Position numbers and translations under genes: made by a program
Part shown: one piece after another, positions 9,601-19,890 of the stretch
Layout: every line of letters starts with the position of its first letter
Position numbering within the stretch: position 1 is the stretch's first letter
Notes under the pieces: generated by a model
What the model was told of the DNA's origin: nothing
Database searches by the model: none
What the model saw: only the letters and a program-made list of their open reading frames with translations
Assembly: GCA_963841565.1 (NCBI GenBank)
Contig: CAWJCY010000007.1
Span: 32,001-96,000, forward strand
Origin: an uncultured Nitrososphaerales archaeon
GTDB taxonomy: Archaea > Thermoproteota > Nitrososphaeria > Nitrososphaerales > Nitrososphaeraceae
Direction: 5' to 3'
DNA length: 64,000 bases

Positions 9601-10335
9601 TCAGATGCTACTCATGTTCCTTGCTATGTACACTATTTCATTTGGACTCAACTGACAAATTCTCCTCGATAAGTCAAGACCGGATTGGAATCCAAGATAT
9701 GAGGCAACTCTCCGGACATTTCTTTTTTTCTGTGAAAATAATAGTGCGATGTTCTTTTTTGCATCGTAGGAGAGTTGTCGTCCTGAGGGCACCAATTCAA
9801 TAACTTGAGATGAAACCGTTGGTGGTGGACTAAACGAGGTCCTTGGAACTTCAAATAATTCTTTAACATTAAAGCAATATCTACATATTACGGAAATTGC
9901 TCTGTAGGATTCCTTCCCGGGAGTCGAAGAGAGCTTTCTTGCAAATTCTCTCTGTACCATAATTATCGCCCTCTTAAATTCATGATTGGTTAGCCACAGT
10001 ATAGTCTCTTTGCTCCTCGAATAGGGAATGTTGGATACACAGACATCAAATTCAAAACTCATCGACTCATGATTAAAGGGATTTGCGTTCAGCAAAAGCA
10101 GATTAGTAAAGTGAGCCAATTTTTGCTTTGCAATCTCAAACTTCGCCTTGTCTATTTCATAGGAAGTCACTTGGCCTGCTTGTCTGCAAAGGTGGGCTGT
10201 AAGAGCACCTTCTCCTGCACCGATCTCTAACACTTTTTCTGTTTTTGCCAGGTTTGCCTCGCGAACGATTTGTTCTAGAACCATCCTATCTGTAAGTATG
10301 TGCTGCCCTAGAGAGTTTGGACCTGTGAATCTCAT
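9601..10335 (-). CDS. ksgA: 16S rRNA adenine dimethyltransferase KsgA/Dim1
   Basis: LGQHIL, VLEIGAGEGALT, SNIPY, MVQREFA, FSPPPTVSS. Confidence 0.93.
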   Translation of the reverse strand: MRFTGPNSLGQHILTDRMVLEQIVREANLAKTEKVLEIGAGEGALTAHLCRQAGQVTSYEIDKAKFEIAKQKLAHFTNLLLLNANPFNHESMSFEFDVCVSNIPYSRSKETILWLTNHEFKRAIIMVQREFARKLSSTPGKESYRAISVICRYCFNVKELFEVPRTSFSPPPTVSSQVIELVPSGRQLSYDAKKNIALLFSQKKRNVRRVASYLGFQSGLDLSRRICQLSPNEIVYIARNMSSI

Positions 10336-10964
10336 CTCCTCACGAAGAGATTCATCCGAGCCTCACCGGTTATTTCTTCTACGATTCTCTTCGCTATCAG
10401 TTTGGCAGGATCCTTTAGACCAATCCTGTCTTGGATATCCTGGAAGGACTCAAATTTCTTAGCTTCCCTCCCTTTGATTATCGCCATCATGTACGTCTTA
10501 CCGATTCCAGGAATGAGCTCTAGAGCGTGAATTCTGGGAGTTACCGGTTGGGCGATATTTACATAATCAATAAATCTCTTTTCGTTCTCCAATACAATTT
10601 TTTCGACTGTCGCAAGCAGTTCATTTTTAGCCGTCTGAGATATACTTGAATATTCCAATCTCCCAAGAACACTGATAATCTTTTCTCTTCCATCTCTTCC
10701 TATGTACAGTCTTTCTCCTACTTCGAAGGTTGCGTTTCCATATCCCAACAACTCTAACAATGTGAGTCTTTCTTCGCCAATTGCTTGTATTATTACACCC
10801 TCACGACCCCTTACCGTTGAGGATTTTCCGCGCTGGGTGAAATCCAATATGTAGGCATACTCTTCGTATTTACGTTGAGATTGGTGATGATGTGCGTAAC
10901 TATCATCAGTTCTCCAAGTACGATCGGATCTGTCCACAGACATAGACAATCGTTTAATTCCCAC
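10332..10964 (-). CDS. DUF655 putative RNA-binding protein
   Basis: EEYAYILD, QAIGE..LTLLEL, RIHALELIPGIGK; usual rpl21e-rpo4-DUF655-ksgA context. Confidence 0.9.
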   Translation of the reverse strand: MGIKRLSMSVDRSDRTWRTDDSYAHHHQSQRKYEEYAYILDFTQRGKSSTVRGREGVIIQAIGEERLTLLELLGYGNATFEVGERLYIGRDGREKIISVLGRLEYSSISQTAKNELLATVEKIVLENEKRFIDYVNIAQPVTPRIHALELIPGIGKTYMMAIIKGREAKKFESFQDIQDRIGLKDPAKLIAKRIVEEITGEARMNLFVRR

Positions 10965-10987
10965 TTAATTGATTAGTGGCTGAATAT

Positions 10988-11320
10988 TTAACCTTCAGCT
11001 TTCTGTTTCAATATCTCTAACATTTTTTCCAGCGTATTTGTCAAAATCAGTTTCTTCCACCCAAATGTAAATGACCTCAGTTCCTCGAGCGATTTTGGTA
11101 ATATGTTGACTAATTCGACTGCCTCTTCTTCTTTCAATTCGCATTCCCTAATCTGTTCCTCGACCATCTTGCGTGAAGTTTTTGCATCGAGTTTCGAGAA
11201 TCTTGTCACGAAATCAAATGTCCATCTTTGGATCTGGTCCATTTCATCAGGTTTCACCTTCTCTAGAATCTCCTTAACCTCAGGTAATGTGATTATTTCT
11301 TTTTTATCAACCTCTGTCAT
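10988..11320 (-). CDS. rpo4: RNA polymerase subunit Rpo4 (F)
   Basis: ITLPEVKEIL, AVELVNILPKSLEELR; operon context. Confidence 0.9.
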   Translation of the reverse strand: MTEVDKKEIITLPEVKEILEKVKPDEMDQIQRWTFDFVTRFSKLDAKTSRKMVEEQIRECELKEEEAVELVNILPKSLEELRSFTFGWKKLILTNTLEKMLEILKQKAEG

Positions 11321-11324
11321 TGAA

Positions 11325-11615
11325 CTAATTCACAGCCGTTAGATGTTTTACGTGATTGAGCCTAGTTTGTAAGATTTTCTGCTTATTGCCGATAACTACT
11401 GAAGTTTTCAATGTCCTTCTTCCGACTTGCAACACAGTCCCGACCTTACCATGGTATCTCCTATGGGGGGTGGTCCTATGTTCCCTAGGATCTATCACAA
11501 TGATTACCTTGTCACCTGGATTGTACTCAGTAAGCAAATAGGATAATCCTCTTGGAACGTTATTCTGCGTCATAACTGAGCGAGATTTCCTCCTGTAGCC
11601 ATGTGAGTTAGGCAT
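11325..11615 (-). CDS. rpl21e: 50S ribosomal protein eL21
   Basis: MPNSHGYRRKSR, GDKVIIVIDP, PHRRYHGKVG. Confidence 0.95.
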   Translation of the reverse strand: MPNSHGYRRKSRSVMTQNNVPRGLSYLLTEYNPGDKVIIVIDPREHRTTPHRRYHGKVGTVLQVGRRTLKTSVVIGNKQKILQTRLNHVKHLTAVN

Positions 11616-11681
11616 TTTGTGTTCTGTACTTAGAGGCCATAATTTAATGTAACTGCCTGCAACAATCAAACTTGTTCTGGA

Positions 11682-12656
11682 TCAGTCAGCTCCCTTCTCC
11701 GAAAGTGAGAAAAGCACCTCAGTTTCTGGGTGATAAGGACTGTCTACCATCCTTGCAATTCTATTCCTGCCTGAGCGCTTGAGATAGATGCGGTATGTGC
11801 TAGTATGGGCTACTACATTGCCACCTGCCGGTCTGAAGGCATCGCCAAAAATTGAATCTGGAGAGGACTGTATCTGATTCGTAATCATAACAGCAACACC
11901 GTATGTTTCAGAAATTCTTAATAGGATGTGCATAAATTTATTTAGTTTCTGCTGCCTTTCCGAGAGAGTCGCCCTACCCAAGAATTCCGCTCTATAGTGT
12001 GCAACTGCAGAATCCACGATAACAAGCTTAACCCCATTGGCATCTATAATCGGGCCTGTTTCATCTATTATTAATTCTTGGTGTGCTGAGTTGTATGCTT
12101 TAGCTACAATGATGCTATCAAGAACTTGGTCAGGTTCAATATTTCTTGCACCACATATAGAAACAATGCGTTCAGGTCTAAAGGTATTTTCAGTGTCTAC
12201 GTAAATTGCTTTACCGCCCAACCCTCCATGGGCTCTGTCCTGAGATACCATTACACACAAGCTGTGACATATTTGTGTCTTGCCAGTTCCGTATTCTCCA
12301 AAAATTTCTGTGACAGCACGAGTCTCAACCCCTACTCCTCCGAGCAAGGTGTCAAGGTTTCTAGAACCTGTTGATATTCGTTCAGCGGTAAGTCGTTTAT
12401 TGTACAATTTACGTGCTGTTACGAAGCTTTTCTCCAATACACCCGCGTCCTCAAGTCTTTGTCGAGCCCGGTTACATAGGATAGCTGATTTTTCGATATC
12501 CATCCCCGTAGCTTCTGAAATATCAACCGGTCCTCTAACAACTAGATCCTTGAGTGACTTAAATCCCGAGTTTTCAAGATGCGTTCTTGTAGCGATTCCT
12601 ATATCCTCTATGGAACAAAGATCTAGCGCGGTCTTTGGAGCATCTTCGTCATTCAA
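11682..12656 (-). CDS. radA: DNA repair recombinase RadA (C-terminus probably extends to 11666 after indel at ~11689)
   Basis: HhH N-terminus, Walker A GEYGTGKT, DTENTFRPER, IVDS, GGNVVAH, RIARMVDSP. Confidence 0.93.
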   Translation of the reverse strand: MNDEDAPKTALDLCSIEDIGIATRTHLENSGFKSLKDLVVRGPVDISEATGMDIEKSAILCNRARQRLEDAGVLEKSFVTARKLYNKRLTAERISTGSRNLDTLLGGVGVETRAVTEIFGEYGTGKTQICHSLCVMVSQDRAHGGLGGKAIYVDTENTFRPERIVSICGARNIEPDQVLDSIIVAKAYNSAHQELIIDETGPIIDANGVKLVIVDSAVAHYRAEFLGRATLSERQQKLNKFMHILLRISETYGVAVMITNQIQSSPDSIFGDAFRPAGGNVVAHTSTYRIYLKRSGRNRIARMVDSPYHPETEVLFSLSEKGAD

Positions 12657-12934
12657 GGGCTAATACTGGTAACCAATACATTCTTAATTAGTCTTAGGTG
12701 AAAGGTTGTTGTAACATGATTTTTCCAGCTGAATAGGCGAAATACAACTTGTAAGAACTTGAAAAGAGATAGTCTATCTAACCACACGCTCCCTGTTGAG
12801 CCCGCAAACATAAATTTTGCGATTGATTCGATTACCTTAAATGGAAACAGGATTTTACTTGCATCAATTTTGTCAGATGTAACAATTAAATAGTAAAACT
12901 AACGTCTTGTTCCTTGTTTATCCTGGTGCGATAA

Positions 12935-13603
12935 TTGCTAGTTGATTTGAACCTAAGCGGGAAACAAGTCATTATTATAGGTGGAGGAACAGAGGGCTTA
13001 AGAAAGTTAAGAGGGCTACAAGATCAGAATTGTGAAATAATTCTGATCACGAACCGCCTGAATAAGATGATCAAGGGTCTGCAAGACAAGGGGAAACTCT
13101 CTCTTCGAAAAGAGCATGTTAAAGATACCAGCTTTCTTAAAGATTATGAGAATCCATTTCTGGTTCTAGCTTGCACCAATAATAAACATCTCAATCGTGT
13201 AATAGTTAAAGAGGCAAGCTTAATGGGGGCATTGTCATATGCGGTTGATGACCCATCGGTTAGCGATTTCTCCTATGCTTCTATTATTAATGTTGAAGGA
13301 ATCCTTCAAATCGCCATCTCTACTTCAGGGAGAAGTCCAATAGTAGCCAGAAGATTTCGGATCAAGGCAGAAAGGGTCCTAAGGAGATTAATAAGTAAGT
13401 CGGATATTGAAAACATACGACTCCAAGAAGCCGCGAGAGGAATGATTAGGACGAGAATACCTACTGTCAATGAAAGAAAGGAATTTCTGTACTCTATTAT
13501 TAACAATGCCACCATCCAGAAGCTTATTAAAGAAGATCGCATCGACGATGCTCGACAGGAATTAGTTGCATTAATAAACTCCTGGGAGGGTAAAGGAAAC
13601 TAA
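12935..13603 (+). CDS. sirC: Precorrin-2 dehydrogenase / sirohydrochlorin ferrochelatase (SirC/Met8-like)
   Basis: IIGGG Rossmann motif, AVDDP..SDF, IAISTSGRSP. Confidence 0.88.
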   Translation: MLVDLNLSGKQVIIIGGGTEGLRKLRGLQDQNCEIILITNRLNKMIKGLQDKGKLSLRKEHVKDTSFLKDYENPFLVLACTNNKHLNRVIVKEASLMGALSYAVDDPSVSDFSYASIINVEGILQIAISTSGRSPIVARRFRIKAERVLRRLISKSDIENIRLQEAARGMIRTRIPTVNERKEFLYSIINNATIQKLIKEDRIDDARQELVALINSWEGKGN

Positions 13604-14896
13604 ATGACACAATTCGAGCCTCTATATCGAGAACAGCAATTCTGTAACGCTCGAATCACTTACAAAAAGGCTCCCATTCACCTTCTCGAAAGATTCACGT
13701 TTAAGAATGTTAGTGAAGCTTATGTTAGATTCAGGGAGCTCTCACCTGATAGTGAGTGTGTTATTTTGCAAACATGCAATAGGATAGAAATTTTTTTGTC
13801 TTCGGAGGAAATGCCAGATGAACAAGAGATATTAAATATTTGGTCATCGGTCACTGGTTTTTCAAAAGAGGAATTTTCAGACAATGTAGAGTTGAGCTTC
13901 GGACAAGAAGCCATTTTGCATCTATTGAGGCTAACTTCAGGTTTAGATTCTCTAGTGATAGGTGAGGATCAAATATTAGGACAGGTAAGGAGGTCTTTTG
14001 AATTCTCGAGGTCAAACGGCCATTCTAGTTCGAACCTCTCATTAATATTCACGAAAGCCCTCAAAGTTGGGAGTAAAGTAAGAACAACTACTCGATTGAA
14101 CAAAGGTAACGTCTCAATTGGTTCAGTGGCAGTAAACATCGCAGAGAACTATTTCGATGATCTCAAAAGTAGAAGCATATTGATAATAGGGTCTGGGGAA
14201 GGAGCTAGTCTGGTCGCAAAGTCATTGAAACAGAGGGAGGTTAAATTCATGATTACAAGTAGAACCTTTGAAAGAGCGAAATCCTTTGCAGATACGGCAG
14301 GCGGACATCCTATCGCTTTTGAAGGTGCTCTATCTGGTCTTACTAAATATGATATAGTCTTCGTATCTACAACTGCACCCTATTTCTTGATTACGTATGA
14401 AAGGATCAGCAAAGCGATGTCGGCAAGAAATAAGGGAATGTTAGTTTTCGATCTTTCGAATCCTAGAACCGTGGAGGACCAAATTAGTACCATCAAAGGA
14501 ATCAAACTAATTAATATGGACCAGATCGCCGAAATAGCAGAGAATAATCTCAAACTTAGAAAAAATGAAATTGCATCTGCTGAGCGGATAATTGATAAAG
14601 AGGTCCAATCGTTCGCGGATATTCTTAAAAGTAAGCGGGTAGAACAATTGATCGATTCAGTTTTCAGGTCAGTTGAAGCATTGCGAGAAGCTGAACTAGA
14701 GAAGGCAATGTCCATTTTTTCAGCAAAGTTAGGCGTAGAAGACAGGAGTATTATTAGAGAGCTTTCCCGTTCAATAGTCTCTACTGTTTTGTCGACTCCT
14801 ATGAACAACCTGCGAAAAGAGGCCCGAATAGGAAGAGCCTCTGAACAGGATTTAATCAGAATCGTCGAAAGCATATTTAATTATGACAATGGATAA
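13604..14896 (+). CDS. hemA: Glutamyl-tRNA reductase
   Basis: LQTCNRIE, GLDSLVIGEDQILGQV, DLSNPR. Confidence 0.96.
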   Translation: MTQFEPLYREQQFCNARITYKKAPIHLLERFTFKNVSEAYVRFRELSPDSECVILQTCNRIEIFLSSEEMPDEQEILNIWSSVTGFSKEEFSDNVELSFGQEAILHLLRLTSGLDSLVIGEDQILGQVRRSFEFSRSNGHSSSNLSLIFTKALKVGSKVRTTTRLNKGNVSIGSVAVNIAENYFDDLKSRSILIIGSGEGASLVAKSLKQREVKFMITSRTFERAKSFADTAGGHPIAFEGALSGLTKYDIVFVSTTAPYFLITYERISKAMSARNKGMLVFDLSNPRTVEDQISTIKGIKLINMDQIAEIAENNLKLRKNEIASAERIIDKEVQSFADILKSKRVEQLIDSVFRSVEALREAELEKAMSIFSAKLGVEDRSIIRELSRSIVSTVLSTPMNNLRKEARIGRASEQDLIRIVESIFNYDNG

Positions 14897-15885
14897 ATCT
14901 TCGCCAGGATTTCCGAAGGTAAGGCTAAGACGGCTCAGAAAGAATCCAGCGATACGACAACTATTGCAGGAGACCAGAATTTCAGTCAAGGACTTTATTT
15001 ATCCAATTTTTATAAAAGAAGGGATTTCTGTTGCTGAAGAAAGTAAAGCAATGACTGGCGTACTAAAATTCCCTTTATCCGGTCTTATTGAAGAGGTTCA
15101 GGACTGCTATGATCTTGGAATACGTGCGTTTATCATCTTTGGGATCCCTTCCTCAAAGGACGAGAGCGGTAGTTCATCATTTAGTGAACATGGGATAGTG
15201 CAACAATCGATAGAAGCTCTCAGAAAAGCCTTCGGCGATCAGATAGTTGTTATAAGCGACGTATGCTTGTGTCAGTATACCCTTTCAGGCCATTGCGGAA
15301 TCTTGAAGGGAAGTGGGGTTGATAATGATCTAAGCCTCGATTTACTAGCTAAGATAGCCGTGAGCCACGCAAATTCAGGTAGCGATATGGTTGCTCCCTC
15401 TGCAATGATGGATGGTCAAGTAAAGGCCATTAGAGAAGCACTAGATAGCAGTGGATTCAATGACACTATTATTATGGGATACTCTGCAAAGCACGCTTCT
15501 TCACTTTATTCCCCCTTTAGAGAGATCTCCGATTCCTCCCCATCTCTAGGTGACCGGAAAACGTATCAAATGTCGTTTCTCAATCATCGAGAGGCCCTTA
15601 GGGAAGTGATGATGGATATTCAGGAAGGAGTAGACATAGTAATGGTCAAACCTGCCGTGCCTTATCTGGACTTGATTAGGAGGGTAAGAGAGTTGACTAA
15701 TCTACCCCTGTGTGCCTTTAGTGTTTCAGGCGACTACGCCATGATAAAAGCTCGCTTCCACTCAAGGTCTGATTGACGAGAAACAAGCAGTGCACGAAAT
15801 GCTAACTTCAATAAAAAGGGCCGGTGCTGATATCCTGATAACGTATCACGCCAAGCTGATTTCTCAAATACTTGATGGTGAATAG
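14883..15885 (+). CDS. hemB: Porphobilinogen synthase; apparent frameshift at ~15753
   Basis: RLRRLR, DVCLCQYTLSGHCG, APSAMMDGQV, MVKPA; tail IKRAGADILITYHA in another frame. Confidence 0.94.
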
Positions 15886-15938
15886 AAAGCTCGGAATGAA
15901 ATTATAACGACAATTACATTCTGGTTTTTGATCTATGA

Positions 15939-17219
15939 ATGTACGATAACTCGCGGATTCTTTATGATCGGGCAACTAAAGTTATTCCCGGTGGTGTTAA
16001 CAGCCCAATTAGGTTCTTCAAGCCATTCCCTTTCTTTGCGGCTTCGGCGAATGGCAGTAGAATAACCAGTAGTGACCACATCAGTTATGTGGATTATTGC
16101 ATGGGTTATGGGTCACTACTTTTAGGGCATGCAAATACGGAAATACTGGAAGCTGTCAAGTCGCAGCTAAATATTGGCTCTCTTTACTGTATTCCAACCG
16201 AAAAAGAGGTTATCCTTGGGGAAATGATTGCTCAACTTATTCCGGCATGTGAAATGACAAGGGTCGTGAATTCTGGGATGGAGGCGACCATGAATGCTAT
16301 TCGTCTCGCCAGAGCGTACACTCAACAGAACAAAGTTATCAAATTCGAAGGGTGTTACCACGGCGCTCAGGACTATTCACTTGTTAGAGGCGACAGTTCT
16401 GGGCATGGCACGCCCTCATCAAGTGGCATTCCCAAAGAATTTAGCTCGGAGACGATTGTGGTCCCATTTAATGATCTTGAACAACTGGAAGCGGTGATAA
16501 GAAAGAGAAATGATATCTCGTGCATTATCCTCGAACCAGTTCCCGCGAACATGGGTCTAGTCATCCCTGACAAGGAATATCTCACCTTTATAAGAAAAAT
16601 TACTATGGAGAAAAATATTGTGCTGATCTTCGACGAGGTTGTAACAGGCTTTCGTCTAGCAACTGGTGGAGCAAGCGAATTCTTCGGAATTAAACCCGAT
16701 ATCGTAACCTATTCAAAGTCTGTGGCCAACGGATTTTCTTTAGCAGCCATTTGCGGCAGACGAGAATTGCTCGAACAGTTCTCTCCATCAGGAGATGTGT
16801 ACCAGGCGAGTACGTACGCTGGTAATCCAGTGGCAGTTACGGCCGCCCTTGCCACCATCTCCGCTTTGAACAGAGGTCGAAATCACATATATCCAAGAAT
16901 GACTAGAATATGCGATTCATTGATAGATGGCATCCAAGAAGTTGCACATGAAAGAAAAATCCCATGCAAGATAAACAATATCAGTTCAATGTACCAGTTA
17001 TTCTTTACTCCGACTGATGTTAGAGATATGGCATCAGCCAGAACGTCTGATCTTGATATGTTCAATGTGCTTTTTAGAGCCTTGCTTGAAAAAGGAGTCT
17101 TTATCCCTCCCTCTCAATTCGAAACCTGTTTCTTGTCTTATGCGCATGCGGATGAAGATATCGATAAAACGATCGAAGCGTACGATTATGCATTCAGTTT
17201 GATGAGGCCTAGGAGATGA
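15939..17219 (+). CDS. hemL: Glutamate-1-semialdehyde 2,1-aminomutase
   Basis: PGGVNSP, KFEGCYHG, FDEVVTGFR, PPSQFE. Confidence 0.96.
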   Translation: MYDNSRILYDRATKVIPGGVNSPIRFFKPFPFFAASANGSRITSSDHISYVDYCMGYGSLLLGHANTEILEAVKSQLNIGSLYCIPTEKEVILGEMIAQLIPACEMTRVVNSGMEATMNAIRLARAYTQQNKVIKFEGCYHGAQDYSLVRGDSSGHGTPSSSGIPKEFSSETIVVPFNDLEQLEAVIRKRNDISCIILEPVPANMGLVIPDKEYLTFIRKITMEKNIVLIFDEVVTGFRLATGGASEFFGIKPDIVTYSKSVANGFSLAAICGRRELLEQFSPSGDVYQASTYAGNPVAVTAALATISALNRGRNHIYPRMTRICDSLIDGIQEVAHERKIPCKINNISSMYQLFFTPTDVRDMASARTSDLDMFNVLFRALLEKGVFIPPSQFETCFLSYAHADEDIDKTIEAYDYAFSLMRPRR

Positions 17220-18166
17220 GGAACTACACTGTAGGAACGAGACGTAGCAGACTAGCCTTAGAGCAGACCAAATCTGTAGTGGATCTGCTAAAGAGAAGCA
17301 AGCGGCAAACATTCATCAATATTCTCAAAATTAGTTCCTCAGGAGATTTAGACGTAAGGCCACTTTACACCTTCGACAGGAAAGGCATATTTGAGAAGGA
17401 AATAGACCAAGCAGTGATTGACGGAAAAGCAGATTTCGCGGTTCACAGCGCCAAGGATGTACCAACTGAGCTCTTTTCGGATCTCACACTGGCCTCCGTA
17501 CCGACTAGGTCTGTGGCCAATGACATTCTAATACATCGAAATGGATTGAAATTGAATGAGCTACCTTCCGGAGCCGTAGTTGGAACTAGTAGTTTGAGAA
17601 GGGCAGTCCAGCTCTTGAGGATGAGACCAGAATTAAAAGTAAAGCCAATCCGTGGAAATATAGAGACAAGAATAAAGAAGGTCGAAACTGGCGCGTATGA
17701 TGCCATCGTTTTGGCCCAAGCCGGCTTAGATCGATTAGGGTTAACCAAGTACATAACGGAACAGTTTAGTGTTATGGATTTTGTCCCAGCTGCAGGACAA
17801 GGGGCACTGGCACTTATTTGCAAGAATGATAGGCCTGAACTGCTATCTCTTTTGAGATTGATTGAAGATCCGCGATCGCGTGCTGAATTGGAGGCTGAAA
17901 GAAATCTCTTGTCGGTGGTCGAAGGAGGTTGTAAATTTCCAGTCGGCGTTATAGCTTTATCTGACAGGGATCCCCACCTATTGACCCTCATTGCAAAGGT
18001 ATTCTCCGCTGACGGTTCAGATCAGATTTTTATTACCGAAAAAGGGAGAATCGAGGATGCTCGAAGCATAGGAATCAAGGCAGGACAAAGACTATTGGAT
18101 GAGGGGGTCAAGGACTTCTCTGAGAGCTGGGAATCGGCTTTAAAGAATTGGAATAATTTAGTATGA
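17216..18166 (+). CDS. hemC: Hydroxymethylbilane synthase
   Basis: GTRRSRLA, AVHSAKDVP, GTSSLRR, RGNIETR, EGGC. Confidence 0.96.
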   Translation: MRNYTVGTRRSRLALEQTKSVVDLLKRSKRQTFINILKISSSGDLDVRPLYTFDRKGIFEKEIDQAVIDGKADFAVHSAKDVPTELFSDLTLASVPTRSVANDILIHRNGLKLNELPSGAVVGTSSLRRAVQLLRMRPELKVKPIRGNIETRIKKVETGAYDAIVLAQAGLDRLGLTKYITEQFSVMDFVPAAGQGALALICKNDRPELLSLLRLIEDPRSRAELEAERNLLSVVEGGCKFPVGVIALSDRDPHLLTLIAKVFSADGSDQIFITEKGRIEDARSIGIKAGQRLLDEGVKDFSESWESALKNWNNLV

Positions 18167-18921
18167 ATTCGTCAAAAGTCTTCATATGTGGGGCCGGCCC
18201 AGGGGATCCAGGGCTTATCTCAGTCAAGGGGTACAGACTTTTAAAGAAATGCGACGTAGTGCTTTATGACAGATTAGTTAGCAAGGAGCTGATAGCCAAG
18301 ATTCCCTCGGCGATAAAAAAAATCTATGTTGGTAGGGAATCAGGCAGAGCCACCTCTACGCATCAGTCAAGAACGAACAAGCTTATGGTAACTTATGCTC
18401 GAAAAGGGAAAAGCGTATTGAGACTTAAGGGAGGAGACCCATTGATTTTTGGAAGAGGGGGGGAAGAAGCAGAATATTTACGCAAGCATGACATCAAATT
18501 TGAGATTATACCTGGTATATCATCAGCGATTGCTGCTCCGGCCTATGCAGGAATACCTCTTACCCACAGAAACTACTCGTCGTCGGTCGCCTTCATTACT
18601 GGTCATGAGAATGAAAGGAAAAACCATTCAGATGTGAATTTGAAGGCTGTGGCATCTGCTGTCGATACGATAGTCGTATTGATGGGAGTAGAAAGAATTA
18701 AAGAGATTGTTCAAGATTTGCGAGCAGGTGGTTTGAAGAGAAGTACAAGAGTAGCGATTGTGGAGAAAGGGACGATGAAGGATCAGAGAGTAATAGTAGG
18801 GAACTTGAACACTATTCTGAAAAAGGTTGCAAGATACAAGGTGACTTCTCCAGCAGTGATGGTGGTAGGTCGTGTCGTTTCCTTATCCAATCGTCTTACG
18901 TGGCTATACCCCAATGGTTAA
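18163..18921 (+). CDS. cobA: Uroporphyrinogen-III C-methyltransferase
   Basis: GAGPGDP, RLKGGDPLIFGRGGEE, IPLTHR. Confidence 0.95.
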   Translation: MNSSKVFICGAGPGDPGLISVKGYRLLKKCDVVLYDRLVSKELIAKIPSAIKKIYVGRESGRATSTHQSRTNKLMVTYARKGKSVLRLKGGDPLIFGRGGEEAEYLRKHDIKFEIIPGISSAIAAPAYAGIPLTHRNYSSSVAFITGHENERKNHSDVNLKAVASAVDTIVVLMGVERIKEIVQDLRAGGLKRSTRVAIVEKGTMKDQRVIVGNLNTILKKVARYKVTSPAVMVVGRVVSLSNRLTWLYPNG

Positions 18922-19726
18922 GTATGAGAACCATCCAGGGAAGCGGTACTTTGCAATTACACGAGAATCATCAACATCTGTAGGATTTAAGGGGGTAATG
19001 GAGAATTACGGATGGACGGTCATCTTTCTCAAGTCCATAGTAATATCGCCTAAACCTAGTCTTGAATTAGAGTGCGTAGTTTCTCGAATTATTCAAAATA
19101 GCTATGGAGCCTGCGTGTTTCTGAGTGGAAATGCAGTAGACATTCTTATGGCAAATGCTGATAGGACTGGAAATACATTAGCCCTAATAGTGAAGCTGCA
19201 GTCGATTAGAACTATTTGTATTGGTCCAAGAACCAAAGAAAAGCTTTCACACTACGGGATTGATTCTGTAATAGTACCTGAAACGTACAATACCAGTGGA
19301 TTGATTAAGTGTCTTTCCAGGTACAAGAACCAAGTGCACAGAATAGTCGTACCACGGAGTCAGCTCGGAGATAGTGAGATTTTGCTGTCTCTTTCAAGGC
19401 TGGGAATCTCCGTGGACCAGTATCAACTTTATGATACATCAACAAATTCAACTATCGACAATGAATGGAAGCGGTTTTTTTATCTATTGAGGAACAGAAA
19501 TTTGGATGCAGTCGGTTTTACTAGCCCTTCATCGGTGAAAGCCTTATTCCAGATTGTAGAGAAGGAAGCAAGTCGTGATGATACGATTTACCTTAGGCAT
19601 CTGAATGGCTTAGTCTCGATCGGAGGCAAAACAACCAAAGAGCTGAAGAAACATACCTCGGGTCGAATCATTGAAGCGGTAGAACATACCCTTAATGGCA
19701 TGGTAAAAGCATCCAAATTAATCTGA
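18914..19726 (+). CDS. hemD: Uroporphyrinogen-III synthase
   Basis: ITR, FLSGNAV, IGPRT, FTSPSSV, SIGGKT; last gene of the hem operon. Confidence 0.85.
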   Translation: MVKYENHPGKRYFAITRESSTSVGFKGVMENYGWTVIFLKSIVISPKPSLELECVVSRIIQNSYGACVFLSGNAVDILMANADRTGNTLALIVKLQSIRTICIGPRTKEKLSHYGIDSVIVPETYNTSGLIKCLSRYKNQVHRIVVPRSQLGDSEILLSLSRLGISVDQYQLYDTSTNSTIDNEWKRFFYLLRNRNLDAVGFTSPSSVKALFQIVEKEASRDDTIYLRHLNGLVSIGGKTTKELKKHTSGRIIEAVEHTLNGMVKASKLI

Positions 19727-19855
19727 GAAAATAAAGGCAAAGCATTTGTATGTATATATATAGCAGTGGTGGTTATTTCATTCGTTCAGAGGCCTGTCAT
19801 CAATGGTACTCACTATCATCAGAAATTTGCTCTGAATTACTTATTAAGTTAACAA

Positions 19856-19866
19856 AATATATATAA
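19856..19866 (+). promoter_or_regulatory. TATA box upstream of sufB
   Basis: AATATATATAA ~25 nt upstream of ATG 19891 (leaderless-type spacing). Confidence 0.5.
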
Positions 19867-19890
19867 GAAATAACGCCGTTATAAAATTAT